A stretch of 64,000 nt of DNA, taken from Candidatus Bathyarchaeota archaeon (GTDB taxonomy: Archaea; Thermoproteota; Bathyarchaeia; Bathyarchaeales; Bathyarchaeaceae). The translations under genes were made by a program, and so were the position numbers. Within the stretch, counting starts at the first letter, position 1. Every line of letters starts with the position of its first letter. Positions 39,791 through 50,532 of the stretch are shown in pieces. The DNA is taken from contig CAVOMX010000011.1 of assembly GCA_963697165.1 (NCBI GenBank), positions 139,524 through 203,523 on the forward strand, given 5' to 3'. The notes beneath the pieces are model-generated. The model was not told the DNA's origin, ran no database searches, and saw nothing but the letters and a program-made list of their open reading frames with translations.

Positions 39791-40102
39791 TTATTTTGAC
39801 AAATCACTGAATACTTGTTCTAGATTTTGCTGATATTCTTTGAAGGCACTACGTCCTTTTTTTGTTAATTTCAGTGCTGTATGGGGTTTTCGTTCAATGA
39901 ACTCTTTCACGATTTCAACATAACCTGCTTTTTCAAGCTTGCTTAAATGGGCAGATAGATTACCGGGAGTCATCTGAAGTTGATGTTGAAGGAATAGGAA
40001 GTCTGCACTTTCAACAACATAGAGTTGAGTCATAATCATCAATCTAGTAGGTTCATGTATAACTCGGTCAATGTTCTTCAGGTTAGAAGGATTCTTGGGC
40101 AA
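39791..40102 (-). CDS. ArsR/MarR-type winged-helix regulator (HTH_34-like)
   Basis: IHEPTRLMIM, TPGNLSAHLSKLEKAGYV, LTKKGR. Confidence 0.88.
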   Translation of the reverse strand: MPKNPSNLKNIDRVIHEPTRLMIMTQLYVVESADFLFLQHQLQMTPGNLSAHLSKLEKAGYVEIVKEFIERKPHTALKLTKKGRSAFKEYQQNLEQVFSDLSK

Positions 40103-40724
40103 TGATTTTGTCACCTTGCGGTAGTGGATATTTTCGTATGAATCGCATCAAAAGAACAAAGCCACTGATAACGATTACAAACCCTATGGTTACTAAGAAA
40201 TATTCAAATGGAATAGCTACGAAATAACCTGTGATAAACAGCACAAATGTTAACAGTCCATATCCATAAAGCCGCTTGAGACCCATAGTATATGCGAAGA
40301 GACTGGAAATAATTGCCGCTCCGACACCGATTATTATCATACTATTTGAAACGATTAGATCCATCAGCGTCAATGCCCAATCTTCACTTGCCGAGAAAGT
40401 AAAAATCGCGAAAGTTCCCAAACCTGCCACCATTAGTCCAATGAAGATTGCCGTTAACCTATTTGCTCCTCCACTTCTAAACTTTACATAACCAATCCTT
40501 GGCATTGTTATCCGCTTCTTTGCCGAAATCCAAATGGGTATCATAATTGCAGGAAAAATTGCTGGAATTACAAACCATGTGCTAAAATCGGTCATAGTCA
40601 GTAGTAAAATTCCTATGCCAAATAATAGAATATAAACGCCAACAAATATGTCGAGTAAGCCGTCTTGATTATATGACATGTAAGTCTTTTTCTCGATTTC
40701 CCTCAAACTAGTTTTTTTAGTCAT
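40083..40724 (-). CDS. Hypothetical membrane protein overlapping the downstream regulator gene
   Basis: About 6 TM helices; QDGLLD, KKRITMPRIGYVKF, RFIRKYP. Confidence 0.75.
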   Translation of the reverse strand: MTKKTSLREIEKKTYMSYNQDGLLDIFVGVYILLFGIGILLLTMTDFSTWFVIPAIFPAIMIPIWISAKKRITMPRIGYVKFRSGGANRLTAIFIGLMVAGLGTFAIFTFSASEDWALTLMDLIVSNSMIIIGVGAAIISSLFAYTMGLKRLYGYGLLTFVLFITGYFVAIPFEYFLVTIGFVIVISGFVLLMRFIRKYPLPQGDKIIAQESF

Positions 40725-40763
40725 TTAATCACCAAGAGTATAAACTACATCTTAATATAAAAG

Positions 40764-40780
40764 GCTTTGTATTGTAAAGT
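40764..40780. promoter_or_regulatory. Imperfect palindrome next to a TATA-like box
   Basis: gCTTTgtattgtAAAGt directly upstream of TTTTATATT on the minus strand. Confidence 0.4.
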
Positions 40781-41097
40781 AATTTGTCACAATAATATTT
40801 GCGCATGCATTAAAGATTTTAATCTTGAGCTAACTAAAGATTTAAGGAATTTTTAGATGTTAAAATTGAGTTCAATATCAGAACTAAAACCTAAATCATC
40901 TTCTGTTGAATCAAAGGTATTCGTATTTTACTAGAAAAAACAGTTAAAGAACCAACAGATTAGAGCGAACAGTTCAACAGTTAATTTTTAATCCAACTTA
41001 TACTCACTAAGATAACGCACATTTCGTGCAAAGGGGGAGAAGAGCAGAAGCTATATTTTTTGCATTTCTTTCCTTTAAGAAAAAACAATAGGGGGAG

Positions 41098-41535
41098 GTG
41101 ATTGATTTAAGTAGAGTTTTGAATATCGCATCCGCTTTGATAGCCATCGTGGACATAATAGGTGTGGTATACGCCTTACAAAATTTATTCTTGATTCCCA
41201 TAGACGAAGGATTGCTTGGAGTAACCGTTTCGCAGATTCGTGCTTTCAACCCAAATGTCATGGATCAAATAACGCTTCTATACCAATTCATGGGACTATA
41301 TATGTTTGGCACCACTTCGAGTGCCGCTATCATAGCTTTACTACCATATAGGAAGGGAGAAAAATGGGCTTGGTACACACAGCTGGTTATAGGCGGTATC
41401 GCTCTGTTCGGGCAACTTGTCCTTGTGTACATTGCCGGTAATCTTCTGCCTGCATACATGCTTCCATTTAACATAATACTAATCATACTCTGGTTAATTG
41501 GAATAATTCTTCCAATCAAAGAATTCTTCAGCTAA
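41098..41535 (+). CDS. Hypothetical membrane protein
   Basis: Four TM helices; PYRKGEKWAW. Confidence 0.75.
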   Translation: MIDLSRVLNIASALIAIVDIIGVVYALQNLFLIPIDEGLLGVTVSQIRAFNPNVMDQITLLYQFMGLYMFGTTSSAAIIALLPYRKGEKWAWYTQLVIGGIALFGQLVLVYIAGNLLPAYMLPFNIILIILWLIGIILPIKEFFS

Positions 41536-41757
41536 ACAAGAACAATAAAAATTGTTAGCTAAGTTCTCCAACAAGTACGTTAATTCTTTACAGTTACCTA
41601 GCTAGTGCTCTACTTTTCTTAACAGCAACATTAATTGGGATTCTAGTTAGAAAAAGAGTGATGAGAGCGCGAACTTCCGTATCTTAGAGATTTTTTTCGA
41701 CATGCGCGCGTTAATTTGATATAATGGGTATGATGTTCTAGTTGTGGGGAATTTGCT

Positions 41758-42801
41758 TTGAAGTTGGTTGAGGTTCTGGAGAAACTTTCGAACACTAATG
41801 GAGTAACAGGAAGAGAAGACGACGTTCGAAAGTTAATGGAAAAGTATCTGAAGCCCTACGTTGACGAAGTCAGGGAAGACAAACTTGGAAACCTGATTGC
41901 ATTCAAGAAGGGCAAGAAGGATGCGCCAACCGTCATGATTGCAGCCCACATGGACGAGGTTGGACTCATGATAAAAAACATAAAGAAAAAAGGTTTCCTC
42001 CAGTTTACTAAGATTGGGGGAATCGACGACCGTATCCTCTTGGCACAGAATGTCATTGTCCACACGGACAAAGGTCCCTTAACTGGAGTTATTGGCTCAA
42101 AACCAGTCCACATACAGACTGAGGCAGAGAAAAAGAAGGTCATTGAGGCGGATAAACTCTTCATCGACATCGGAGCCAAAGACAAAGAAGAAGCAGAAAA
42201 GATGGGAGTCCAAGTCGGCGATGTTGTAAGTTTTGACACAAAATTTACCCAAATAGGCGACAATGTTGTTTTGGGAAAGGCTTTCGACGACCGTGTTGGA
42301 TGCGTCATAATGATTGAAATCATGAAGAGACTGCAAAATGTTGACTGTAACGTTTACGCTGTAGGTACAATACAGGAGGAGGTTGGTCTAAGGGGAGCAA
42401 CAATAGCCGCCTTCCAGATAGAACCTGACTTGGGCATCGCCTTTGACGCAAGCGTGGCAGGTGACACTCCGGGAGTTGGAGAGGGAGAGGCTCCAGCAAA
42501 GATGGGAGAGGGACCTGTCTTAACGGTGGCAGACGCAGGCTTAATCGCGCATCCGAAAGTGTTAAGGTTGCTTATTGATTCGGCGAAGCAAAACAACATT
42601 CCGTATCAGCTGGAGACTGGAATCCGAGGCGCCACGGATGCCGCTAGAATCGCCTTAAGCAGGGACGGCGTGCCAAGTGGAGTAGTTTCGATTGCAGCCC
42701 GTTATATTCACAGTCCAGCAGGTATCCTGAACCTCGATGATGTAGAGAAAGCCATAGAGCTTGCGGTCGCAGTTATAGAGAATGTTCCAAAATATTTTTG
42801 A
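41758..42801 (+). CDS. M42-family (TET) aminopeptidase
   Basis: AAHMDEVG, GKAFDDRVG, QEEVGLRGA, TDA, RYIHS. Confidence 0.93.
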   Translation: MKLVEVLEKLSNTNGVTGREDDVRKLMEKYLKPYVDEVREDKLGNLIAFKKGKKDAPTVMIAAHMDEVGLMIKNIKKKGFLQFTKIGGIDDRILLAQNVIVHTDKGPLTGVIGSKPVHIQTEAEKKKVIEADKLFIDIGAKDKEEAEKMGVQVGDVVSFDTKFTQIGDNVVLGKAFDDRVGCVIMIEIMKRLQNVDCNVYAVGTIQEEVGLRGATIAAFQIEPDLGIAFDASVAGDTPGVGEGEAPAKMGEGPVLTVADAGLIAHPKVLRLLIDSAKQNNIPYQLETGIRGATDAARIALSRDGVPSGVVSIAARYIHSPAGILNLDDVEKAIELAVAVIENVPKYF

Positions 42802-42826
42802 CCATAGCCGCAAACTGGAGTTTGAG

Positions 42827-43258
42827 ATGAAAAAACGTTTCAAGTTCCTAGAGCACACAGCCGACGCGTATATCGAAGCGTACGGAGAAACCTTAGAAGA
42901 GGCATTCGAAAACGCGGCAGCTGCAATGACGGATGTTATGACCGAACTTGAAAAGGTTGAAGCACAAACTGAAGAAAGCTTCATGGTTGAGGGGCAAGAT
43001 GAGCCTGCTCTTCTTTACAGTTGGCTTGAGGAACTGCTGCTCGAGTTCGAGTTGAAGGGTAACCTGTATTCCCGTTTTGAGGTTTTGGGCATTGAAGAAA
43101 CTTCTGAAGGGGTTAGGCTGCGTGCGAAAGCGTGGGGAGAAAAATATGACCCAGAAAGGCATCCGACGAAGGTGGGAATAAAAGCGGCAACGTATCATCG
43201 GATGGAAATTCTGAAAGAACCAGATCTAGTAACAGTCAGGTTCATACTAGATATTTAA
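42827..43258 (+). CDS. Archease (RtcB cofactor)
   Basis: FLEHTAD, IKAATYH, C-terminal LDI. Confidence 0.93.
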   Translation: MKKRFKFLEHTADAYIEAYGETLEEAFENAAAAMTDVMTELEKVEAQTEESFMVEGQDEPALLYSWLEELLLEFELKGNLYSRFEVLGIEETSEGVRLRAKAWGEKYDPERHPTKVGIKAATYHRMEILKEPDLVTVRFILDI

Positions 43259-43383
43259 CTACTGTTTACAGAGCGTCAACATTAATCACAGTGATCTTCA
43301 GGAATATCAACAGGATTACCTGTACTGAACAACGGGGTCTTGCGTAAAAGCTTATAGACCGCCAATAATGAATCAGTCTGGTT

Positions 43384-43470
43384 GGAGGGATGGCAGAGCG
43401 GATAACGCGCAGGCCTTGAAAGCCTGTGACCCCCTGGGTCGCGTGGGTTCGAATCCCACTCCCTCCGCCA
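43384..43470 (+). tRNA. tRNA-Ser(TGA)
   Basis: GGAGGGA/TCCCTCC acceptor, CAGGC-CTTGAAA-GCCTG, long variable arm, GTTCGAATC, GCCA. Confidence 0.95.
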
Positions 43471-43761
43471 CAAAAACAACCACGGTCTGCAGTGCAATTT
43501 TCATTTGAGCTTCTTGAAGATTTTAACACCTTTATCTTGGAATTCGGTAACATTTTATTTATTAAACTAATTTGAAAATTTTTGCCTCACAAATAAACCC
43601 CATTAGGACACGAGCCCAGGTAAATCAGGACTCTAGTTTCAGGTTTCGGTTGCATGTAAAATATATCGAATTATCTATGTAATTTATCGGACATATATCA
43701 TATTTTGAATTGCAGTCACTTACGCAATAACCAACATATTAAATCAAAAGATACAATAAAC

Positions 43762-44145
43762 ATGAATGTGGACTCTTACATGAATGCACTAAAAAATCTG
43801 AAAAAAATAAACCAACGCAAACTAACAGTCTTGACCGCAAGCCTACTCATAATAATAGGATTCAGCATCTGGATGTACGCAACATCCATAATCCAGAACC
43901 ATACACAATTACTTACAACCTCAAACCTAACGCAGAAAGAAATATGGAGTTACGAAGGAGCACTCCAATGGTGGAAAATAACCTACGCCACAACAATCAC
44001 TCCTCTGACAACAATCATGATAACTTTTGGAGCCATTACATTACTAGGTCCAATACTATGGACAAAAAAACATCAAAAACAAGTTCTCAAGACCTTTACG
44101 GACAGCCTTGAACTTGCATCAACAGAAAAATTTGAGATCAAATAA
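43762..44145 (+). CDS. Hypothetical two-TM membrane protein
   Basis: Two hydrophobic helices flanking YEGALQWW; start uncertain. Confidence 0.65.
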   Translation: MNVDSYMNALKNLKKINQRKLTVLTASLLIIIGFSIWMYATSIIQNHTQLLTTSNLTQKEIWSYEGALQWWKITYATTITPLTTIMITFGAITLLGPILWTKKHQKQVLKTFTDSLELASTEKFEIK

Positions 44146-44375
44146 GTCAGCGGGCATTAAAGAAAACGCCCAAAGAACATATTTTCCTACCGCGGCATCA
44201 CTACTTTAGAAATCGCCTTTTTGGTGCCGATTTGGTAGATATTCCAGAACTGAAGAGCATACTAAGGACATATATGCTAGTTTTTGCATAAAAATGACCG
44301 AAAGCTTCAGAAAGTCTTTCCTCAAACTTATATACAACAATAAAAAAAAGGAACTGGGTTGGAGAAGGAACCTTC

Positions 44376-45035
44376 GTGAATTCTGATGTCTTGACGTATG
44401 CAATTGCACTCGGGGCAGTTATAGTATCTTTGATAACAATCTATATGATGAGGAGAGGAAGGAAAAACATCGACCAAGAGCCGCCCGAAATTCTCGAAAC
44501 CACCACGATATTGCCTCTCAAGGGGGACCGAACAGTTACGCCTTTCGACGCTCAGAAATCCAAAAAGCAACTCAGAATATTAGATGTTGAAAGAGAAATC
44601 CTCAGTTTTGGCATCCGCCGCATCTACGAAGCTCAAGCAGAAGGCAAGATTGATGAGAAGGAGAGAGACAGCTTAGCACAGAACTACAAGTCGAGGATGC
44701 GAGAGATCAAAGACTCAATCACCGAAAAAGAGTCGATTGTAGCCCTCCATCAACTGGAATCAATGCAAGATGATCTCATAAAACTATTCAATGATCGCTT
44801 CGACGAAATAAACAAGAAGATAGGCGGCTTGAGGGTAAACCTAGACATAAAGCCAAAACCCGAGACCTCCAAACCTGCACCATCTGCAGCGTCTTCTCAA
44901 ACTGAGAAAGTCAAGAAGAAGCCAAAGCAGCCCTCGAAACCGAAGAAAACTGATGCTGAAGAGAGAATTGACCAGATCAGGTCCGAGGTGGAAAAGGTTT
45001 TGGAGCGGCTTGGGCAAATCGAAACTGAGGCTTGA
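44376..45035 (+). CDS. Membrane-anchored coiled-coil protein
   Basis: N-terminal TM, heptad-rich body, Pro/Lys linker; ends 4 nt before rpiA. Confidence 0.7.
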   Translation: MNSDVLTYAIALGAVIVSLITIYMMRRGRKNIDQEPPEILETTTILPLKGDRTVTPFDAQKSKKQLRILDVEREILSFGIRRIYEAQAEGKIDEKERDSLAQNYKSRMREIKDSITEKESIVALHQLESMQDDLIKLFNDRFDEINKKIGGLRVNLDIKPKPETSKPAPSAASSQTEKVKKKPKQPSKPKKTDAEERIDQIRSEVEKVLERLGQIETEA

Positions 45036-45039
45036 TTAG

Positions 45040-45729
45040 GTGGATTGGCGAGAAGAAGCAAAAAAACGGGTAGCACTTGAAGCGGTTAAGCATGTAGAAG
45101 ACGGCTTCGTTGTGGGGCTGGGTAGTGGAAGCACAGCTGCATACGTGATTCAGGAGATAGGACGGCTGATGCAGCAGGATGGTTTACGGGTTCTCGGAGT
45201 GCCAAGTTCTAGTCAAGCAATGATTTTGGCTGTACGGTCAGGAGTTCCCCTAACGACATTAGACGAGTACCCCATCCTTGACTTAGCCATAGATGGAGCC
45301 GACGAGGTCGACCATAAACTAGACATGATTAAGGGAGGAGGTGGAGCATTAACACGAGAAAAAATAGTTGCCTCAGCAGCCAAGCAGGTTGTCATAGTTG
45401 CGGATGAAACGAAACTGGTAGAGAAACTGGGAATAACCTTCCGTGTTCCAGTGGAGGTTTTACCCTTTGCATTGGCAACGGCTACGGCAGGAATAAACGA
45501 GCTGGACGGAAAAACTCTGTTGCGTGAGGGAAAAGGAAAGGTCGGCGCAGTTGTGACGGATAATGGCAACTATATCGTGGACGTCGATTTTGGAGCAATA
45601 GCGGACATCAAAGAACTGAATCAGCGACTTAAGCTGATCCCCGGCGTAATTGAAACGGGTCTCTTTATAGGAATCGCGAACATAGTTTACCTAGGAAAAC
45701 CTGATGGAATAACCAAACTAAAAAAGTAA
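45040..45729 (+). CDS. rpiA: Ribose-5-phosphate isomerase A
   Basis: GLGSGST, DGADE, KGGGGALTREK, TDNGN, ETGLF. Confidence 0.96.
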   Translation: MDWREEAKKRVALEAVKHVEDGFVVGLGSGSTAAYVIQEIGRLMQQDGLRVLGVPSSSQAMILAVRSGVPLTTLDEYPILDLAIDGADEVDHKLDMIKGGGGALTREKIVASAAKQVVIVADETKLVEKLGITFRVPVEVLPFALATATAGINELDGKTLLREGKGKVGAVVTDNGNYIVDVDFGAIADIKELNQRLKLIPGVIETGLFIGIANIVYLGKPDGITKLKK

Positions 45730-46077
45730 AAAATGTTTCTGAACAGCGTTTACAGGCTCACATTTCTTTGTAAATTATTGAGTTATGGATACAAAAGCAT
45801 CAACAAACTCCAGAAAAAACCGCAAAAACATCCAGCTTCACTCGAATATTAGTATACTAATAATACTTCATTGGTGAAAACACCCTTTTCCACGATTAAC
45901 TTTAGAAAAATAGAATTTCTACTGAAACACAATTTAACGCTAGAAAATTTTTTTGTGGCAATTAATCTTCTAAAACAGTCTTTTTTCCTAAAAACAAGCA
46001 AAACAAGAAATGCTAATCCAAAAAGTTAATTTCTTCCGAAAACAACCATGAACTAAAGATGGAATGGCGAATTTAAT

Positions 46078-46332
46078 TTGCATGCATATGTTCTAATCAC
46101 AGTTAAGTCGGGTTCAGAAAGGGATTTTCTGAAAGGAATCTGCGAATTCAAAGAAGTTACTGAAGCAAATCTTGTTATTGGAGAAAACGACATCGTAATA
46201 AAAATAGACGTTAAAGACATTGTTCACTTGGACAAATTTTTGACAGAGAAACTCAGAGTATTGCCCGACGTTTTCCTTACAACAACCATGATAATCACCG
46301 AGCAATTCAAACCAAAAGAAGGCATAATGTAA
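46078..46332 (+). CDS. Stand-alone Lrp/AsnC ligand-binding (RAM) domain
   Basis: AYVLI..GEND IVIKI..LRVLPDV..TTMI; no HTH. Confidence 0.85.
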   Translation: MHAYVLITVKSGSERDFLKGICEFKEVTEANLVIGENDIVIKIDVKDIVHLDKFLTEKLRVLPDVFLTTTMIITEQFKPKEGIM

Positions 46333-46362
46333 TCGGTTAGCCATCAGCAGTAATCACCTGTC

Positions 46363-46901
46363 TTAGACTAGTGCCCTCAACAGATATACGTAAGCAGACC
46401 TCTATAATCGCAGCCACAAAGAAAATCAAGTAAATCGCAGCAAGAGACTTAGTTGTCATCTTTCTGTTTCAATGTCTTTTCTATGGTCTTGAAAATTCCA
46501 TACCCTTCAATAATCGCGTTTGGAGTGCTTAACAGAACAACAAAAATCAGCGTGTCAACCACAACCTGACCATAAACCAGCATGCTCGCCCTGAGAATGC
46601 TGATAAAAATAATCATCACCGTGAAAACAAACGCAAAAATGCGCGGATTATGAAGAAGCACATACTCTGACTTCCTTTGAGGCATAAAATTCAAGACAAG
46701 CCCAACATAGAACGTCATCCCGAGCAGAATAAGAGAAACAACCAAAACATTATGCACAAAAACAAACAAAACAGCCAACGGTGGATTCAAAAAAACATCC
46801 CCAACACTCCCAAAAAAAGAACCGTTCTCCACATAAGCAAAAACAAGCAACAAAACAAAAACTAAACCAAGAATAACCGTCCTTTTCTTCTGATCCACCA
46901 C
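46363..46901 (-). CDS. Membrane protein with SpoIIM-like motifs; frameshift near 46460, end approximate
   Basis: FVHNVLV, PNAIIEGYG, AAIIEV in the shifted frame. Confidence 0.6.
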
Positions 46902-46909
46902 AGCATCTC

Positions 46910-47359
46910 CTCAATTCTTGAAACAGCACTAGCCAACCACGAACACAGGTAACCAACTGAAAAGCAGCGAATACCCCAATAGGATACTCAAAATCGCTAG
47001 AATAACAACCGCGACTAATCACAGAAGTTACTCCCACGGCGATAGAGCCCGCCAAACCCGTTTCATAGTAGTATCTAACTAAAAGCAACCACGCAATCAA
47101 AGACAGAACCGCTGCGACCTCTAGGCTAAAAACAGAGAGGCATACAATGAAAACGAGGGTTCCGAGAACAGAAATCGACAAGCGCATCCTTTAAGCTGAC
47201 TCTGTTTCGTCCAACAACAATATTTCCTGCTAAATAGAAGACACCAGACAGAACAGCAAAGATTATGGTAAAAGAAATTATGGAAAAAAGAATCTCAGCA
47301 AGTTCAGATGATAAAAGCAACGTATCCGCAATGAGGGCGGCAACAGAAGCAGCCAGCAT
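46910..47359 (-). CDS. Hypothetical membrane protein, frameshifted, end approximate
   Basis: Hydrophobic ORF pieces 47359-47126 and 47187 onward join near 47185. Confidence 0.55.
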
Positions 47360-47576
47360 AAGACGTCACCAAGATATCCTACGAATACAACTGGCTTCCA
47401 AATAAAGGATTTGTTAACCTCTCCTCTTGCTAATTCACACTAAAAACAGCCCCAAAAACAGCCAATTAACAGTAAAAATTGAACATAAAAGACGTTTTTC
47501 TTTTCGGGGATAAGGATAACTCTTTAAAGGAAGGTGATTCCAGAAATAAACTCCCAGTTAAGAGGACGTTGAATTT

Positions 47577-48777
47577 ATGAAATCACAAAACCCTGCCATA
47601 ATCGGAGTCGGCAGGACAAAATTTGGAGAACATTATGAAAGAGAGCCTGAATCTCTAATAGAGGAAGCTGGACTTCAAGCACTAGATTCTGCGTGCATAA
47701 CACGAAAAGACTTGAACGCCTGCTACCTTTCAGACTACTTCCTCCAAGTCACAAACAAAATCGGACTTGAAGAAGGCTTCTTTTCTGAACTCCTAGAACT
47801 TCATGTTCCAATGGAAAAAACCAGATCATTCAGCTCCGCACTTCTCAACGCCTGCCATGCAGTCAAATCAGGAACATATGACATTGTCCTAGTTGGCGGA
47901 ATGGAGAAAATGACTGACCGCTGGGACAAAATCAGAGACGCCCTGATGCTCCTAGAGGACCCATGGAGCTACTATGCGGGATGTACACCCGAAGCAAATC
48001 ATGAACTTCTTCTCAACGGATACATCAAAAAATACGGAATCTCCGGAGAGCAACTCGAAAAACTTTACAGGGCTCTTGCTCAGATATCCGTCAAAAACCA
48101 CAACAACGCCACACAGAACCCCCACGCCCAATATCAGAGCGCCATAACAGTAGACACTGTATTGAATGCGCGGACTACAGCCAGATCCTTGGGGCTCTTC
48201 GACTTTGCTCCCATCTCTGACGGAGCCTCAGCATTGATTCTGGCAAGCCCAGAGGTTGCCAAGAAATGTTCAAGCATTCCGGTTCAGATTTTAGGATCAT
48301 CTTCAGCCACAGACTACATCACCTTTCCCGCACGAAAGGACAGAACAGGATTTGTAGCAAACACGTTAGCCATGCAGACCGCCCTCAAACAGGCTAAAGT
48401 TGAAGTGGCTGACATTCAGATAGCAGAGCTCTACGATCAATCAACGCTCCTGGAAATGCTGTCTCTAGAAGACATGGGTTTCTCCAAGAGAGGAAAAGCA
48501 TGGCTTGACATATACAAAAGCTGCGAATCCTATCAGTGGCTTCTACCAAATCGAGGGCAGAAAGCTTTTCGTAAACTTGAATGGAGGTCTCAAGGCTGAC
48601 GGGAATCCCCTTGGAGCCACTGGAGGAGCCCAAATATTTGAGGTTGTTAAACAGTTAAGGGGAGAAGCAGGTAGCCGACAGGTTCACGTGAACGGAGAAG
48701 CTCCTAGGCTGGGTTGTGTTTCAGAGCTGGAAGGTTTTGGCACAAAAGCGTACATAAACATTTTGGGGAGGAGCTAA
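47577..48777 (+). CDS. Thiolase-fold protein with degenerate active site; frameshift near 48535
   Basis: [48 protein letters not shown]. Confidence 0.85.
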
Positions 48778-48778
48778 A

Positions 48779-50285
48779 ATGAGCAGCGAACCAATCGAAA
48801 GAAGAGTCTCCTACATAGGGGATAGACTACGAGCTAGCCAGTGCACTCTCTGCGGAAAAGAGTACTTCCGAGGCAAAAACTATTGTGGCAACTGCGGACG
48901 AAAGAGCATTCGGAAAGATGAAGGACTTCGATTTCTTCTATGAACAGGGTAATATTGAAGTCTCCACTATCGTTAAACAACCCACTAACAGGTTCGTCAA
49001 GATGGGTTCATATATTTACGGAATTGTCTCATTCCACAATGGAAACACTCGAGTTCCAGGAAGACTAACAGATATCCTGCTTAAAGACGGAGATGATAGC
49101 TCCTGTTTTGATGGAAAAAACGTTGTCCCACGGTTCCGAAGAAGACACACCGTAGGAGAAAGTGACATCATCCCCACAATCTCTCTTGCTTTTACTCTTG
49201 CTGACGGCTACTATCCACACCAAAAATGCGAAATTCATAAACCCAAAAAAGAGTATGAAACATCTGGAATCGTCGGATATGGAGTCTACACCTCAAAATT
49301 CCGAATCAAAGAAGGAAACATGGAAAGGTCTGTGCCATTCATCGACGAAGACGCTGTCACTGCATCAGTAGAAGCAGGAAAATTGGCTCTAATCCATTCA
49401 GGAGTAGACAAAACATCCATCGGCAAAGTTTACGTCGGCTCAGAATCTAACCCATACGCTGTTAACCCAATAGCCTCCAAAGTAGCCCAAGTTCTAAAGC
49501 TAGGCAAAGAAGAAAAAAATGGAGTCCAAAGCGTGGACGCCATCGACACCGAGTTTGCGTGCAAAGCAGCCACGAGCATGTTCAAGGATGCCGCGTCCCT
49601 TGTTTATTATCCAAAAACCAAAACAGACTACGCCATGGTAATAGGAGCAGATAACTCTCAAGCTGCCCCCAGAAATGAGCTGGGAGGCGAACTGGACCAT
49701 TTCGTGGGTTTTGGCGGTTCAGCATTCATCTTCGGCATGCATGATGTTATAGCCGAGGTTGAAGGATGGTACTCCTGCACATCAGACATGCCAGACTTTT
49801 GGAGAAGAGACATGCAAGCTTATCCCAGACATGGCGGACGATTCACAGGTGAACCTGCCTACTTCAAGCACGTCATAAAAGCTTGCAGAACAATCATGGA
49901 GCAACTGAACCTCAAAGTTGAGGATATAGACTATTTTGTTCCTCATCAGCCAAACCTTGGTTTTCCAGTTAAAGTTGCAAAACAACTGGGATTCAAAGAG
50001 GAGCAATATTTGCCAAGCCTAAAAGTTGCCAATTTCGGAAACGCATATTCTGGTTCTTCGCCTATCGGCTTGGCGGCGGTTCTAGATGTTGCTAAACCAG
50101 ATGAACGGGTAGTCCTTGTCAGCTACGGCTCTGGGGCTGGAAGCGATGCATACTCTTTCATGACAACCAGTCAAATATTAGAGAAAAGACCACGGCAGAA
50201 GTTTACGGTCCGTCATCAGATCGAAAACGAGAACTTGGAATATGTGGATTACCACACTTACAGACGACTCAAAAACGGAATCTAA
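48779..50285 (+). CDS. DUF35 (Zn ribbon/OB) fused to HMG-CoA synthase; frameshift near 48905
   Basis: CTLCG..YCGNCG, OB-like region, then GIVGYG, DEDAVT, GSESNPY, EFACKAAT, DFWRR, HQPN, GNAYSG, SYGSGAGSD. Confidence 0.88.
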
Positions 50286-50532
50286 ATGTTTTGACTGGCC
50301 CACTTTAGTGAATGACTAGTTGCAGAACGCTTAGTTCGCATTTCTATCCATCGGCTACGTGACAATCCTGAAGTGTATGATTTATCGAAACAGATCACAC
50401 TGACCCAAAAGCGACTTTGAATTAGCATCTGGATTTCTAATACAAATTCTGCGTTCATAACACTTTCAAAGCTGGTTCCGAAACAACTATACAGACATGT
50501 CTTTCATTATATTTACATAGGAATAAAATGAG

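Noticed and set aside
43266..43553. ORFs overlapping tRNA-Ser on the minus strand
   Set aside because: They are antisense translations of the tRNA.
43470..44200. Integrated element at tRNA-Ser (likewise at tRNA-Met and tRNA-Gln)
   Set aside because: I found no integrase and no duplicated tRNA 3' end in the window.
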